From positions 77,916 to 141,915 of the forward strand of contig CAZHHB010000001.1 of NCBI GenBank assembly GCA_964532285.1: a DNA stretch of 64,000 nt, read 5' to 3'. Positions 27,392-37,064 of this stretch are shown here, in pieces. A model generated the notes under the pieces. It was not told the origin of the DNA. It saw only the letters and a program-made list of their open reading frames with translations, and did not search any database. This stretch comes from an uncultured Candidatus Saccharibacteria bacterium. GTDB taxonomy: Bacteria > Patescibacteriota > Minisyncoccia > Phycocordibacterales > PALSA-1337. Position 1 is the first letter of the stretch, and the number at the start of each line of letters is the position of its first letter. The position numbers and the translations under genes are program-made.

Positions 27392-28678
27392 ATGAAAAAT
27401 ATATTTTCAAAATCAGTTAGTAAATACGGCCTTTTATTTGTCTTCACGTTCGCAACCGTTACTGGTTCCGTCGCTGTGCCGACTATTACAAAGGCTGATT
27501 GGACAGATGTAACCGTTAAGACCAACTACACACTACTAGAGCCACTGCCTTGTATTCAGGGTAAAGAGGGGGCTTCTAGCACTATCCCTTGTACACCAGG
27601 ACAACAAGTAAAGCAGGTTAATTTCAAGGATTATGTTCAGTATGTATTCAATCTAATTATAGCCTTGGCGGCAGTCGCAGCGGTCTTTGTTATGGTGTAC
27701 GGCGGTTTTGAGTATATGACATCTCTATCTGCTTCAGGCAAAAGTGAGGGTCTCACCAGAGCCAAAAATGCCATCATGGGGCTTGTATTAGTCTTGGCAT
27801 CATTCCTCATCTTGCGAACAATAGATCCTAGGTTGGTTGAGATACCGAGTACTTTCCTGCCGCAGTTGCAATTGAAATGTCCGGATAATAAGGATTGGAA
27901 ATTATCCGACCCGAGATGCAAGTCGAATACACTATCATTGTTTGATAAATTAAGCAGAGATGCGGATGCCTATAATATTGAAATCAGGGATGTTAGGAGC
28001 AAGGTAGATCAAATAAATGCAGAGGTCAAAACACTAGAACAACAAAGAAAGACGGTGCAAGATAGAATTACTTCTTACGCTGGAGGTAACAGAACAGCCG
28101 ACGAACTCTGTCAGTATACATCTGGGGGACAATCTACCGGTGATTCTGAAATTGACGCTATGTGTCTGCAATTATTGAGCCTAGATGATCGTATAGCTAC
28201 TGGTCAAAACGAAAGCAACACCACAGCAGCCATTGGTCTGATAGAAAAAATCCTAGCAAGAAATATTTACGACTTACGTATTATAGATGGAACAATACCG
28301 TCTAGTTCTCTCGGAAATGTTCAACTTTCTTATAAGACTGGCTTTGAAACAGAAATTGCACAAGATTTATTGAATATAGATTCTCGTAGGAATGATTATA
28401 AAACACTTGTCGCAAATGATAGTGTAGCAAGCCAAAAGATCGATAACGAGGCCGACTATGCCAAGGCTTATCTGGAAATACAAAGGGAGTTATATCGTCT
28501 ATATTCTGGTAAATGGCAACAAACTATTGAATATGCATCGACAGCCAAGACAAGGGCTCAAGACAAAATCCAAGAGATAGCAAACAGATATGCACCACTT
28601 ATCAAAGATGCGGACTTACAGAAAAAATTGACTGAAAGACGTGATACAGCAAAAGAGGCGGTAAGGATCTACAAATAA
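27392..28678 (+). CDS. VirB2/TrbC-like pilin module fused to a ~280-aa coiled-coil domain
   Basis: Signal peptide, then the pilin-like block YVFNLIIALAAVAAVFVMVYGGFEYM-(polar loop)-KNAIMGLVLVLASFLIL, which is helix-GG-loop-helix. Confidence 0.35.
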   Translation: MKNIFSKSVSKYGLLFVFTFATVTGSVAVPTITKADWTDVTVKTNYTLLEPLPCIQGKEGASSTIPCTPGQQVKQVNFKDYVQYVFNLIIALAAVAAVFVMVYGGFEYMTSLSASGKSEGLTRAKNAIMGLVLVLASFLILRTIDPRLVEIPSTFLPQLQLKCPDNKDWKLSDPRCKSNTLSLFDKLSRDADAYNIEIRDVRSKVDQINAEVKTLEQQRKTVQDRITSYAGGNRTADELCQYTSGGQSTGDSEIDAMCLQLLSLDDRIATGQNESNTTAAIGLIEKILARNIYDLRIIDGTIPSSSLGNVQLSYKTGFETEIAQDLLNIDSRRNDYKTLVANDSVASQKIDNEADYAKAYLEIQRELYRLYSGKWQQTIEYASTAKTRAQDKIQEIANRYAPLIKDADLQKKLTERRDTAKEAVRIYK

Positions 28679-28679
28679 A

Positions 28680-29957
28680 ATGAAAAAAGTCTTCATCACA
28701 TTATCAATAATCTTCATCGTCGCTCTGGCTGTATTCGCTTACTGGTATTTCTCCATGAGCGGAAATTCTGGTCAGAGGACAACTTATGGTACCCCTACCC
28801 AAAATAACACCTTCGTACCACTGAACAGGCCGGGTACGACGAATACCGGCAGTACAGGAGGAGGAAACGCCACCACGAACACACCTTCAAACAATAATAC
28901 TGCCACACTGACACCAAATCAGAAAGCCAAAATACCTACATTGAGGCTTATCAGCAATTCTCCCGTCGGAGGCTACGGTGCCAGTACTACGGCCAGTACT
29001 ACCATCGTGCGTTGGGTTGATAGGGGGAGGGGCAATGTATTTCAAACTAGCGGAATTACTGAGGAAATAGACACCCTCTCAAACACCATCCTGCCTCGAG
29101 TATATGAAAGTTCCTGGAACAAAAACCTGACTGCTTTTATTGGGTCCGTATTTCAAGAGAATGGTCTGCCGAGTACGCTGTATGCGGAGATGAAAGCCCA
29201 GGCTTCTACCACATCAGCAACACCATTCATACTCAAAGGTAAAAACTTGCCAGAAAATATCATTGGCTATGCCACTTCACCCAAAAAAGACAAGCTATTC
29301 TATATGATAAGGGATAATGGAAGCGGGGTAGGCTATATCTCTACTTTTGAAGGCAAGTCTGTCAAAGAAATATTCAATACACCCCTCACACAAGTAAATG
29401 TTGACTGGCCGGAAGAAAACACTATCGCCATCACAACGAAGGGGACAGCCAGCCAAGGGGGCTATCTTTACTTCGTCAAACCAAACACAGGGGTTTGGAG
29501 CAAGATTGCTGGTCCTATCCAAGGGATAAGTGCTCGTGTCAGTCACGATGCCAAATACGCCATCATTTCCTCAACAAACAACGATACCAGGGAAATTTCT
29601 ACAAACATATACAATGTTAATAAATTAAACATGGGAGATGCTATGGTTCGTACCATTGCCGATAAGTGTACATGGGGTAATTTCTACAAAGAGATGGTCT
29701 ACTGCGGAGTACCCACCAAGAATATTTCCGGCACATATCCGGATGATTGGTACAAAGGGAATGTCTCATTCATAGACAAGGTGTGGCAGATCAATGCGGC
29801 CACCAGTGAAGTCCATCTGATATCCTCCATTCTAGACCAGTCTGACCGTGTTATAGACGCTTTCAACCTAGGTCTAGATCCCAGAGATACATATCTATTC
29901 TTCATGAACAAAAACGACCTATCGCTATGGTCGCTAGATCTAGTTTCTACACAGTAA
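28680..29957 (+). CDS. secreted or membrane-anchored hypothetical protein (last gene of the operon)
   Basis: N-terminal TM segment, an N/T/G-rich linker and a beta-rich C-terminal domain. Confidence 0.35.
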   Translation: MKKVFITLSIIFIVALAVFAYWYFSMSGNSGQRTTYGTPTQNNTFVPLNRPGTTNTGSTGGGNATTNTPSNNNTATLTPNQKAKIPTLRLISNSPVGGYGASTTASTTIVRWVDRGRGNVFQTSGITEEIDTLSNTILPRVYESSWNKNLTAFIGSVFQENGLPSTLYAEMKAQASTTSATPFILKGKNLPENIIGYATSPKKDKLFYMIRDNGSGVGYISTFEGKSVKEIFNTPLTQVNVDWPEENTIAITTKGTASQGGYLYFVKPNTGVWSKIAGPIQGISARVSHDAKYAIISSTNNDTREISTNIYNVNKLNMGDAMVRTIADKCTWGNFYKEMVYCGVPTKNISGTYPDDWYKGNVSFIDKVWQINAATSEVHLISSILDQSDRVIDAFNLGLDPRDTYLFFMNKNDLSLWSLDLVSTQ

Positions 29958-29985
29958 CTATTAATGTGACGGATTGCGCAGGCAG

Positions 29986-30125
29986 CGCCCAGCAAATTAT
30001 TTTGGGCGCAGCTGCGTGTTAGTCTTCCGAGTTATTGGTTGGCGAGCCATAGTCTGCCTCAGAGAAGCATAGACTGACGCACCCATCGCATACTCGCCGT
30101 CGCCCAAAATAATTTGCTGGGTGCC
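29986..30125. terminator. long inverted repeat (~25-bp arms, ~90-nt spacer) between convergent genes
   Basis: gcgcccagcaaattattttgggcgc pairs with cgcccaaaataatttgctgggtgc. It lies between the end of the T4SS-like operon and yidC. Confidence 0.45.
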
Positions 30126-30135
30126 GCCTGCATCA

Positions 30136-30894
30136 CTACACCTTACCTTTCAGATACTTTTCTCCAACATACAACTCCTGTCCTAGAGTAAACAGGGAAC
30201 TAACTGACCAATAAATGGCGATGATGGCTGCCGCTTGAGGGAAGCTTGCTGGAATAATCCAATAGACAGAGACGAAGGCAATAATAGGCAAGAAATACTT
30301 CATCTGTGTATTCATTGAATTTGATAGCTGTGATGCCATATCCAGTCTCCCATCAGCCCCGATCACATTTGCAGGTGCCTTCTTGTGCTGTCTCGCCGCT
30401 ACAGAATACTTCATCTGGAAAAACTGTATAGCCGCAGTGATAAGTGCCAAAATCAAGCTTTTACTAGTCAAATCCAGACCCAATAGTGTAGGTGCTGTTA
30501 TAGGAACATGGATAAAACTGTAAAGTAATTCTGGTTGTACAGTTGGAATGATCTTGTAAAACACAGAGATAAGGGCGAAGAGGATAGGTAATTGTATGAT
30601 AAGAAGCAGGATGCCAGAAAATGGCTTGATGTTGCGAGTCTTGTAAAGTTCCATGATCTTCGCTGCCTGCACCTGCTTGTCACTAGAGTATTGAGCTTTT
30701 ACTTTTGCCACTTCTGGCTCTATTTCTTTCATCTTTACCTGAGTCAATAGAGCTTTCTTTGATAGTGGAAACAAAATTAGACGAATGATAATTGTGAAGA
30801 TAATCACAGCAATACCGACATCTATACCTGGAATAAGATCCATTATACCTACAAGACCGTTGTATAGTGGGAGAAATATGAATTTGTTGTACAT
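30136..30894 (-). CDS. yidC: membrane protein insertase YidC (short form)
   Basis: 252 aa with five TM helices. Motifs include LSKKA..TQ..M..I.PE and a ...Y conserved region. Confidence 0.8.
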   Translation of the reverse strand: MYNKFIFLPLYNGLVGIMDLIPGIDVGIAVIIFTIIIRLILFPLSKKALLTQVKMKEIEPEVAKVKAQYSSDKQVQAAKIMELYKTRNIKPFSGILLLIIQLPILFALISVFYKIIPTVQPELLYSFIHVPITAPTLLGLDLTSKSLILALITAAIQFFQMKYSVAARQHKKAPANVIGADGRLDMASQLSNSMNTQMKYFLPIIAFVSVYWIIPASFPQAAAIIAIYWSVSSLFTLGQELYVGEKYLKGKV

Positions 30895-30904
30895 GCGAGT
30901 TATT

Positions 30905-31261
30905 CTACTTTAAAATGCCAGCTTTTACAAAGACATCCTTCAATTCTTTTGAGAGAACACTTGAATCTGAATCAATCGCAGTGTTTTTTGCAAAGACAAT
31001 CACATGATAGCCCCCCGAAATAACAGGGTAGAGATGTCTAACGGCTCCGTACATCCTCCTACGCAACCTGTTGCGTCCTACCGCGGTCTTTGAGACCTTC
31101 TTGGGAACAGCTGTGGCAATTTTGGTTATTCCTTCAACTCGCAAGCTTCTCAAGAGAAAAAAGGAAGAGCTTGTTATTCTTCCTTTTTCCACAACGGAAT
31201 TGAATTCGTTAACGGAGAGTCTCCGTGATTTCGAAAGCATATTATACGGCAACACGGGCAC
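30905..31261 (-). CDS. rnpA: ribonuclease P protein component
   Basis: Basic protein carrying the RNR motif (VGRNRLRRR). It sits in the conserved rpmH-rnpA-yidC arrangement. Confidence 0.75.
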   Translation of the reverse strand: MPVLPYNMLSKSRRLSVNEFNSVVEKGRITSSSFFLLRSLRVEGITKIATAVPKKVSKTAVGRNRLRRRMYGAVRHLYPVISGGYHVIVFAKNTAIDSDSSVLSKELKDVFVKAGILK

Positions 31262-31376
31262 GGCCCTTGGATCTACGGCGGTTCAAAACCTTGCGTCCAG
31301 CAGTAGTTTTCATACGAACACGGAATCCATGGCTCTTTGCACGCTTCCTCTTCTTTGGCTTATATGTGAATGACAT
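31242..31376 (-). CDS. rpmH: 50S ribosomal protein L34
   Basis: [44 protein letters not shown]. The ORF is trimmed to this 44-aa form. Confidence 0.85.
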   Translation of the reverse strand: MSFTYKPKKRKRAKSHGFRVRMKTTAGRKVLNRRRSKGRARVAV

Positions 31377-31510
31377 GGGAGTACTATTACATAAAAAAGG
31401 TTCGGAGACAAGTTGTCCACAACTTATCAACATATTTTACAGTCGTCCACAAGTAGGCATAATTATAAACAGGTATATACTTACCTCATAAAAATTTCAC
31501 AAAAAATATT
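31377..31510. promoter_or_regulatory. dnaA upstream region with DnaA-box-like 9-mers
   Basis: TTGTCCACA and TCGTCCACA each differ from TTATCCACA at one or two positions. Confidence 0.4.
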
Positions 31511-32857
31511 ATGAATGACTACTCAAAAATGTGGCAAACCGCTCTGGTAGAGATAGAAACCGCTGTTTCTCAGGCAAACTTTTCTACATGGTTCAAAGAA
31601 ACCAGCATTCTAAAAGAAGAGGAGGGTGTCATATACCTCGGTGTCCCGAATTCTTTTACCCAAGAATGGCTTTTCAAGAAGTTCCACAACTCTATTCTGC
31701 GCATTTTACGCCAGATGAATGAGCGTGTACGAGCCTTGGAGTATGTAGTCACCAAGGAAGAAGAGTCCAGAGGTTCATCCAGCAGTCGCAAACCCATGCT
31801 GGCACCGACAATGTCGATGCCTCTGCAAGATTTCTACATAAACAAGGAAGACAATCTAAACCCACGTTATACATTCGAAAACTTCATCATAGGACCATTC
31901 AATGAGATTGCTCACGCAGCCTCCCAAACAGTCATAAAGAATCCTGGACAGATTTACAATCCACTATTCGTCTATGGATCCACAGGCAGAGGCAAAACCC
32001 ATCTTATTCAGGCTGTGGGTAACCAAATAAAGAAGCAGTACCCAAACAAAAAGGTCTTCTACATGACCTCCGAGAGATTTGGTTCGGAGTTCTTCACGGC
32101 GATCCAAGAAGGGATGGTCCAATCGTTTAAAGAAAAGTATCGCAAATATGATGTAGTCATCATGGATGATGTCCAATTCTTCTCAAACAAAGACAAGTTC
32201 CAGGAGGAACTCTTCCATTTCTTCAATACATTCCATGATACTAGCCGTCAGCTTATATTTTCGTCCGACAGACATCCAAATGTCATACCTGGACTGGAGG
32301 ACCGTCTACGTGGCAGGTTCAGCGTGGGGATGATTGTAGACATACCAGAGCCAGATCAGGAATCACGCATCGCCATCATCAGAACCAAGGGAAATGTACA
32401 CAACATAACCCTGTCAGACGATGTGGCAAATTATATCGCCTCAACAATAGAGGATAACATCCGTGAGATAGAGGGTATCGTAAATGTCATCGCTTGTCAG
32501 ACCCAGCTCCGCAATCGTGAATTGACCATAAATGAGATAAAGAATATCCTCAAAAACAGTGTTAAGGCTAAGAAAACCGTATCCATCAAAGACATTGTGA
32601 AGATAATATCCGAATTCTACAACATAGATGAGGATAGTATATATAATAAAACTCGCCGAAAAGAGGTTGTTAGACCAAGGCAAGTGGCAATGTATGTCCT
32701 TCGTGAAGATTTCGGCATTTCATTCCCATCTATTGGGGAGAAAATGGGCGGAAGAGATCACACTACAGTCATTCACTCTTATGAAAAAATCCGAGAGGAC
32801 ATCAAGAGTGATCAATTATTACTACAAGAGATAAATCAGGTAAGGTCGATGTTATAA
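31511..32857 (+). CDS. dnaA: chromosomal replication initiator protein DnaA
   Basis: Walker A GSTGRGKTHL, a sensor region and the domain IV motif VAMYVLRE..G.S...IG..GGRDHTTV. Confidence 0.9.
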   Translation: MNDYSKMWQTALVEIETAVSQANFSTWFKETSILKEEEGVIYLGVPNSFTQEWLFKKFHNSILRILRQMNERVRALEYVVTKEEESRGSSSSRKPMLAPTMSMPLQDFYINKEDNLNPRYTFENFIIGPFNEIAHAASQTVIKNPGQIYNPLFVYGSTGRGKTHLIQAVGNQIKKQYPNKKVFYMTSERFGSEFFTAIQEGMVQSFKEKYRKYDVVIMDDVQFFSNKDKFQEELFHFFNTFHDTSRQLIFSSDRHPNVIPGLEDRLRGRFSVGMIVDIPEPDQESRIAIIRTKGNVHNITLSDDVANYIASTIEDNIREIEGIVNVIACQTQLRNRELTINEIKNILKNSVKAKKTVSIKDIVKIISEFYNIDEDSIYNKTRRKEVVRPRQVAMYVLREDFGISFPSIGEKMGGRDHTTVIHSYEKIREDIKSDQLLLQEINQVRSML

Positions 32858-33061
32858 GGCTGTGGAAAACTAGCTAACAAAAAGTAGATTACTTTGGGAT
32901 AAGAGCGGACACAAAAAAGCAGAATGGGTTACCAACACAGGAACAAGTATTACATACGGAAAAAAGTTACAAAATATTATTAAATAGAGCCAAAAGAAAA
33001 AACTATCAACATATCCACAGACCTAATAGTAATTGTTTGATTAAAAATTTAAAAAAACAAC
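32858..33061. promoter_or_regulatory. candidate oriC (dnaA-dnaN intergenic region, AT-rich with DnaA boxes)
   Basis: TGTGGAAAA (reverse complement TTTTCCACA) and ATATCCACA sit in a very AT-rich spacer. Confidence 0.45.
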
Positions 33062-34168
33062 ATGAAGATTGAAATTAATTGCCAAAAACTAAAAGAAGCG
33101 GTCTCTTTGGTTGAGAGGGTGGCAGGGAAACACCTAACTCTCCCAATTCTATCTTGTGTTTTGCTTGAATCCAAAAAAAACACCGCCACTCTCAAATCAA
33201 CAAATCTAGATGTTGGGGTAGAGGTTTCTGTTCCGGTCAAGTCCGGTGATGATGAAACGGTGGCTGTTCCTGGGAACATCATCTCATCTTTCGTTTCTCA
33301 GATTTTTGATCCAAATCAGGTTGTGAGAATGGAAACTTCCTCTGGTAATTTGAATATTTTAGCTTCTAAGTCAAAAGGGAACATAAAAACCTTTCCTCCT
33401 GAAGATTTTCCGACGATACCAAGGGTTACGGATGGCAAAATATCAGTTTTGCCGGCAGAATTGTTGATAAAAGGCCTGAAATCTGTCTGGTATAGCTCAT
33501 CAGTATCAAGTGTTAAGCCGGAACTAGCCAGCGTTTATGTATACAAAGATGGTGAATCGCTGGTTTTTGCCGCCACAGACTCATTCCGTTTGGCAGAAAA
33601 GAGAATAAAATTGCCCAAGACAACCAACATGAACGATATTCTTATACCATTCAAGAATATTGCTGACATTGTTCGTGTTTTGGAACATATCAACGGTGAA
33701 GTCGAGGTTTGTATGAACAAAAACCTTGTCTCATTCAGTTCCAACGGAGTATATCTAGTCTCCCGCATTATTGACGGAGTTTTCCCAGATTACAAGCAGA
33801 TAATTCCAAAAGGGTATATTACCGAGGCGGTTGTCTTGAAGCAGGATTTGATAAATGCGCTTAAAATATCAAATATATTCTCAGATAAATTTAATCAAGT
33901 GCACTTTACTGTTGATCCAAAGGCCAAGATATTTGAAATACAGACGAAAAATAGTGATATCGGAGAGAATAAGGCTGCCGTTGACGCCGCCCTAACAGGG
34001 GATCGTTTGGAGATCAATTTCAATTACAAGTATATCGTCGACTGCTTCCAGTCAATAGATGCAGACAGTGTCTCTCTACAGTTTAGTGGCCTGAATAAAC
34101 CTATGGTTATTCGTCCGGTCTCTGGAGATCAGTCCTTCATGTATCTGGTAATGCCAATGAATCGCTAA
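33062..34168 (+). CDS. dnaN: DNA polymerase III beta sliding clamp
   Basis: 368 aa with three-domain clamp architecture, in the conserved position after dnaA. Confidence 0.85.
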   Translation: MKIEINCQKLKEAVSLVERVAGKHLTLPILSCVLLESKKNTATLKSTNLDVGVEVSVPVKSGDDETVAVPGNIISSFVSQIFDPNQVVRMETSSGNLNILASKSKGNIKTFPPEDFPTIPRVTDGKISVLPAELLIKGLKSVWYSSSVSSVKPELASVYVYKDGESLVFAATDSFRLAEKRIKLPKTTNMNDILIPFKNIADIVRVLEHINGEVEVCMNKNLVSFSSNGVYLVSRIIDGVFPDYKQIIPKGYITEAVVLKQDLINALKISNIFSDKFNQVHFTVDPKAKIFEIQTKNSDIGENKAAVDAALTGDRLEINFNYKYIVDCFQSIDADSVSLQFSGLNKPMVIRPVSGDQSFMYLVMPMNR

Positions 34169-34173
34169 GGCTT

Positions 34174-34434
34174 ATGTTCGGAATAGGTCAATTTTTAAAG
34201 AGAATACAAAACTCAAGAACAAAAGATGTTCTGATTGTTTTGTCTGTCAAAGAGGCTGTAAAGAAGTGTGTTGGTATAGAGATTCCAGAGAAGGATATCG
34301 TTATTAAGTCTAATAAAGCCTCATTAAATAATATAAGCCAATCTCTACGGTCAGCAATCTACATTAAAAAACAAGCGATTTTGAAAGAGATCAACGAAAG
34401 GCAAGGGTTTCGAGTAATTGATGATGTCAGGTAA
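34174..34434 (+). CDS. DUF721/DciA-like small protein (putative helicase-loader-associated)
   Basis: The C-terminus ILKEINERQGFRVIDDVRF resembles the DUF721 terminus LLERLN..LG...V.D.RF. Confidence 0.35.
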   Translation: MFGIGQFLKRIQNSRTKDVLIVLSVKEAVKKCVGIEIPEKDIVIKSNKASLNNISQSLRSAIYIKKQAILKEINERQGFRVIDDVR

Positions 34435-34437
34435 CTA

Positions 34438-36972
34438 TTACTGCGTCGTGAAGTTTATTGAAGTCTGAACTTTGTTATATGCCGTATCGTAAACCGTTAC
34501 CGACAGGGTATTGTTCGATGTTAGACCACTGACACTCACATCGGCAGGGACAAAAGATATATTTAATGGATCGTTTTCTTTCGTCAGGACATATTTATTG
34601 TTCAGGTACACTTCACTTTTCTTGGCTGGATAAGGACCTGTTATTTGCAGCTTAATTGATAGTAACTGCTGAGGATCAATACTCGTATTGTTTGCAGGTG
34701 AGACGATCGTTAGCTGCGGCATCTTTTCCGAAGTGTGGACATCATCGGTGGCAGATATTGGAACAGTGGAGGAACCAACCTCTTTGAACTCTGGATGACT
34801 CTGTTTCCATGTATCAAACCATTTCCTGACACCAAATTCCCAATAAGCATATTGTGAATCATTTGTTGGGGTGGTTGGGGCTGGTCCTTGGGGATCATCT
34901 TTGTTTACCCAATGTAAAATCGTGTGTACATTATCGAAGACAATCTCCTTAGTCGTTTCTGGTGGGGTATATTGAGTCGCTAGTTTTCCAGATACAGTGT
35001 CTATTTTATAAGAATACCCACCTTGCCAGATACCACGAAGCACTGGTTTGCCCTCGGTTATCGGTGGTAATGGCTCTTCAAAATTGCTTGGAGGATAATT
35101 CTTCGCTACTTGTGACATGAAAGCACCCCAAAGAGGAGAGATTATAAGCCCAGCCACATTATGTTGCATCGGTATGTTGTCGTTATTACCGGCCCAAGCG
35201 CCCACAACAAGGTCGGAGGTGTATCCAACCGTCCAGACATCTCTATAGTCGTTTGTGGTACCAGTTTTGATAGCTACAGGCCTGCCAACACTTTCTCCTA
35301 TTGGTTTCAGACTATTCATACGGACATCGGTATCTGAGAGAATGCTGGAGATCTTACGAGCAATCTCAGGATCAAGCACTTGTGCCGGATTGGTTGTTGA
35401 TTTTTCCAAGACTATATCCTTCCTATCACGAACTTCTAATATAGAGCGGTATGGGTTTCTGATTCCATCGTTGGCAAACACACCATAGGCACTTGTAAGG
35501 TCTAGAAGTTTGACTTCGCCACCTCCTAGGACCAATGTTAATCCATAACGGTTTGGATCATTGAGGCTTGTGATGCCCATATCTTTGGCGGTTTGGATTG
35601 ATTCTGGTATGCCTGCCAGATACAAAGCTTTTACCGCTGGAATGTTGCGAGATTGCGCTAGGGCTGTGCGAATCTGCAAAGGTCCCTCAAAAATATCATC
35701 ATATTCTCCCGGCATATAACAAACTTTTACTGGGTCATCTGTTGGGTTTATAGGTTTTCCCTCGGGGGTGCAGTGTGTTGAGAATTCTGTTTCGGCATCA
35801 AAGAGGACTGTTTCTGGTGTGTAGCCTTTTTTGAATAGAGTGGCGTACACGAACGGTTTGAATGTAGAGCCTGGCTGGCGTTCTGCTAATGTTACATTGA
35901 AATTGCCGTCTATCTTTGGATCAAAATAGTTTCGTGAACCAACCATAGTCAAAATATCTCCGGTTTTTGGATCAATGGCGATCATGGCAGTATTGCTGGC
36001 ATTGAAGTTTGTAGCTAGGGAAGATCCAAATTTCGTTATCACATCCTCAGCTTTTTGTTGCATGCTGTAATCCAGTGTGGTTATAACTTTGAGCCCACCA
36101 TTACTAACAGCGTCCTCGCCATATTTTTGTATCAGATAATCCCTGACAAACATTACAAAATGTGGAGCCCTGATACCGCTGGCATCTTTTGAAAGGAATA
36201 AAACATTTTCCTTTTTGGCATTGTTGTATTCTTCGGTACTGATCATTCCCAATGCCTTCATGCGATCAAGGACGATCTTCTGTCTCTGTGTGAGAGCGTC
36301 TTTGTGTAAACCATAAGGCGAAAAATAGGTTGGCGCCTGAGGTATGGCTGCCATATATGCAGATTCTGCCAACGATAGTTCCTTGGCTGGTTTGCCGAAG
36401 AAGGCTTGACTGGCTTCTTCTACTCCATACATTGTTCCGCCATAAGGGCTTTCGTTGAGATAAGCTTCAAGTATCTGATCTTTGCTTATAGCTCTGGTTA
36501 ATTTTATTGCCAGGACAAACTCTTTGATTTTGCGTGTAATAGTCTTGTCTTGTGTTAAAAGAGAGTTTTTGACTACCTGCTGAGTGATTGTGGATGCCCC
36601 CTGACTGTATTCGCCAGACAGGAAATCGGCGAGGAGAGCCCGAATGATAGATGTCGGTTCTACACCGATATTGTTGTAGAAGTTTGAGTCTTCTATGGCA
36701 ATGGCGGCCTTGCCGAGATAAGGAGACATTTCAGAGAGGGGAATGATGGTCAGTTTTACATTCATCCCGGTGTCATATAATAGAATTGTTCCAGTGCGGT
36801 CGTATATCTTTGTAGACTCAATAACCTTTCTTGTCTGGAAAGAATTCAGGTCAGGCATACGCAGAGTTGCTACCCAGAGTGCTATAAGACCGATTAGCAC
36901 AAAAATAGCCGATATTCCTAACAGGATCACGGTTTTCAAGAAGCGGAGCCTCTTTTTTCTGTGATGAGACAT
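34438..36972 (-). CDS. bifunctional class A penicillin-binding protein (PBP1A-like), with a ~200-aa C-terminal extension
   Basis: GT51 motifs EDSNFY and GASTITQQ. Transpeptidase motifs STFKP, S.N and KTGTT. N-terminal TM anchor. Confidence 0.85.
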   Translation of the reverse strand: MSHHRKKRLRFLKTVILLGISAIFVLIGLIALWVATLRMPDLNSFQTRKVIESTKIYDRTGTILLYDTGMNVKLTIIPLSEMSPYLGKAAIAIEDSNFYNNIGVEPTSIIRALLADFLSGEYSQGASTITQQVVKNSLLTQDKTITRKIKEFVLAIKLTRAISKDQILEAYLNESPYGGTMYGVEEASQAFFGKPAKELSLAESAYMAAIPQAPTYFSPYGLHKDALTQRQKIVLDRMKALGMISTEEYNNAKKENVLFLSKDASGIRAPHFVMFVRDYLIQKYGEDAVSNGGLKVITTLDYSMQQKAEDVITKFGSSLATNFNASNTAMIAIDPKTGDILTMVGSRNYFDPKIDGNFNVTLAERQPGSTFKPFVYATLFKKGYTPETVLFDAETEFSTHCTPEGKPINPTDDPVKVCYMPGEYDDIFEGPLQIRTALAQSRNIPAVKALYLAGIPESIQTAKDMGITSLNDPNRYGLTLVLGGGEVKLLDLTSAYGVFANDGIRNPYRSILEVRDRKDIVLEKSTTNPAQVLDPEIARKISSILSDTDVRMNSLKPIGESVGRPVAIKTGTTNDYRDVWTVGYTSDLVVGAWAGNNDNIPMQHNVAGLIISPLWGAFMSQVAKNYPPSNFEEPLPPITEGKPVLRGIWQGGYSYKIDTVSGKLATQYTPPETTKEIVFDNVHTILHWVNKDDPQGPAPTTPTNDSQYAYWEFGVRKWFDTWKQSHPEFKEVGSSTVPISATDDVHTSEKMPQLTIVSPANNTSIDPQQLLSIKLQITGPYPAKKSEVYLNNKYVLTKENDPLNISFVPADVSVSGLTSNNTLSVTVYDTAYNKVQTSINFTTQ

Positions 36973-36983
36973 TAGAAACTAGT

Positions 36984-37061
36984 ATAGCGCCAAGCGAGGA
37001 TTTATGAAAGTTTATTTTCATAAAATCCGAGCGCAGGCGATATATGAGCGAAGCGAATATG
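36984..37061 (-). promoter_or_regulatory. conserved ~80-nt leader element, copy B, upstream of PBP1A
   Basis: The reverse complement matches copy A block by block: ttatattcgcttcgctcatatatcg .. gcgctcggatt-hairpin-aatcctcgcttgGcgctata. The hairpin stems differ by paired compensatory substitutions. It ends about 12 nt before the PBP1A ATG. Confidence 0.5.
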
Positions 37062-37064
37062 ACA

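Noticed and set aside
27392-28678. Calling the 428-aa protein a type IV pilin or competence pilin.
   Set aside because: It has no class III prepilin signal (G/FTLIE). The topology fits a VirB2/TrbC-type pilin instead, and only at low confidence.
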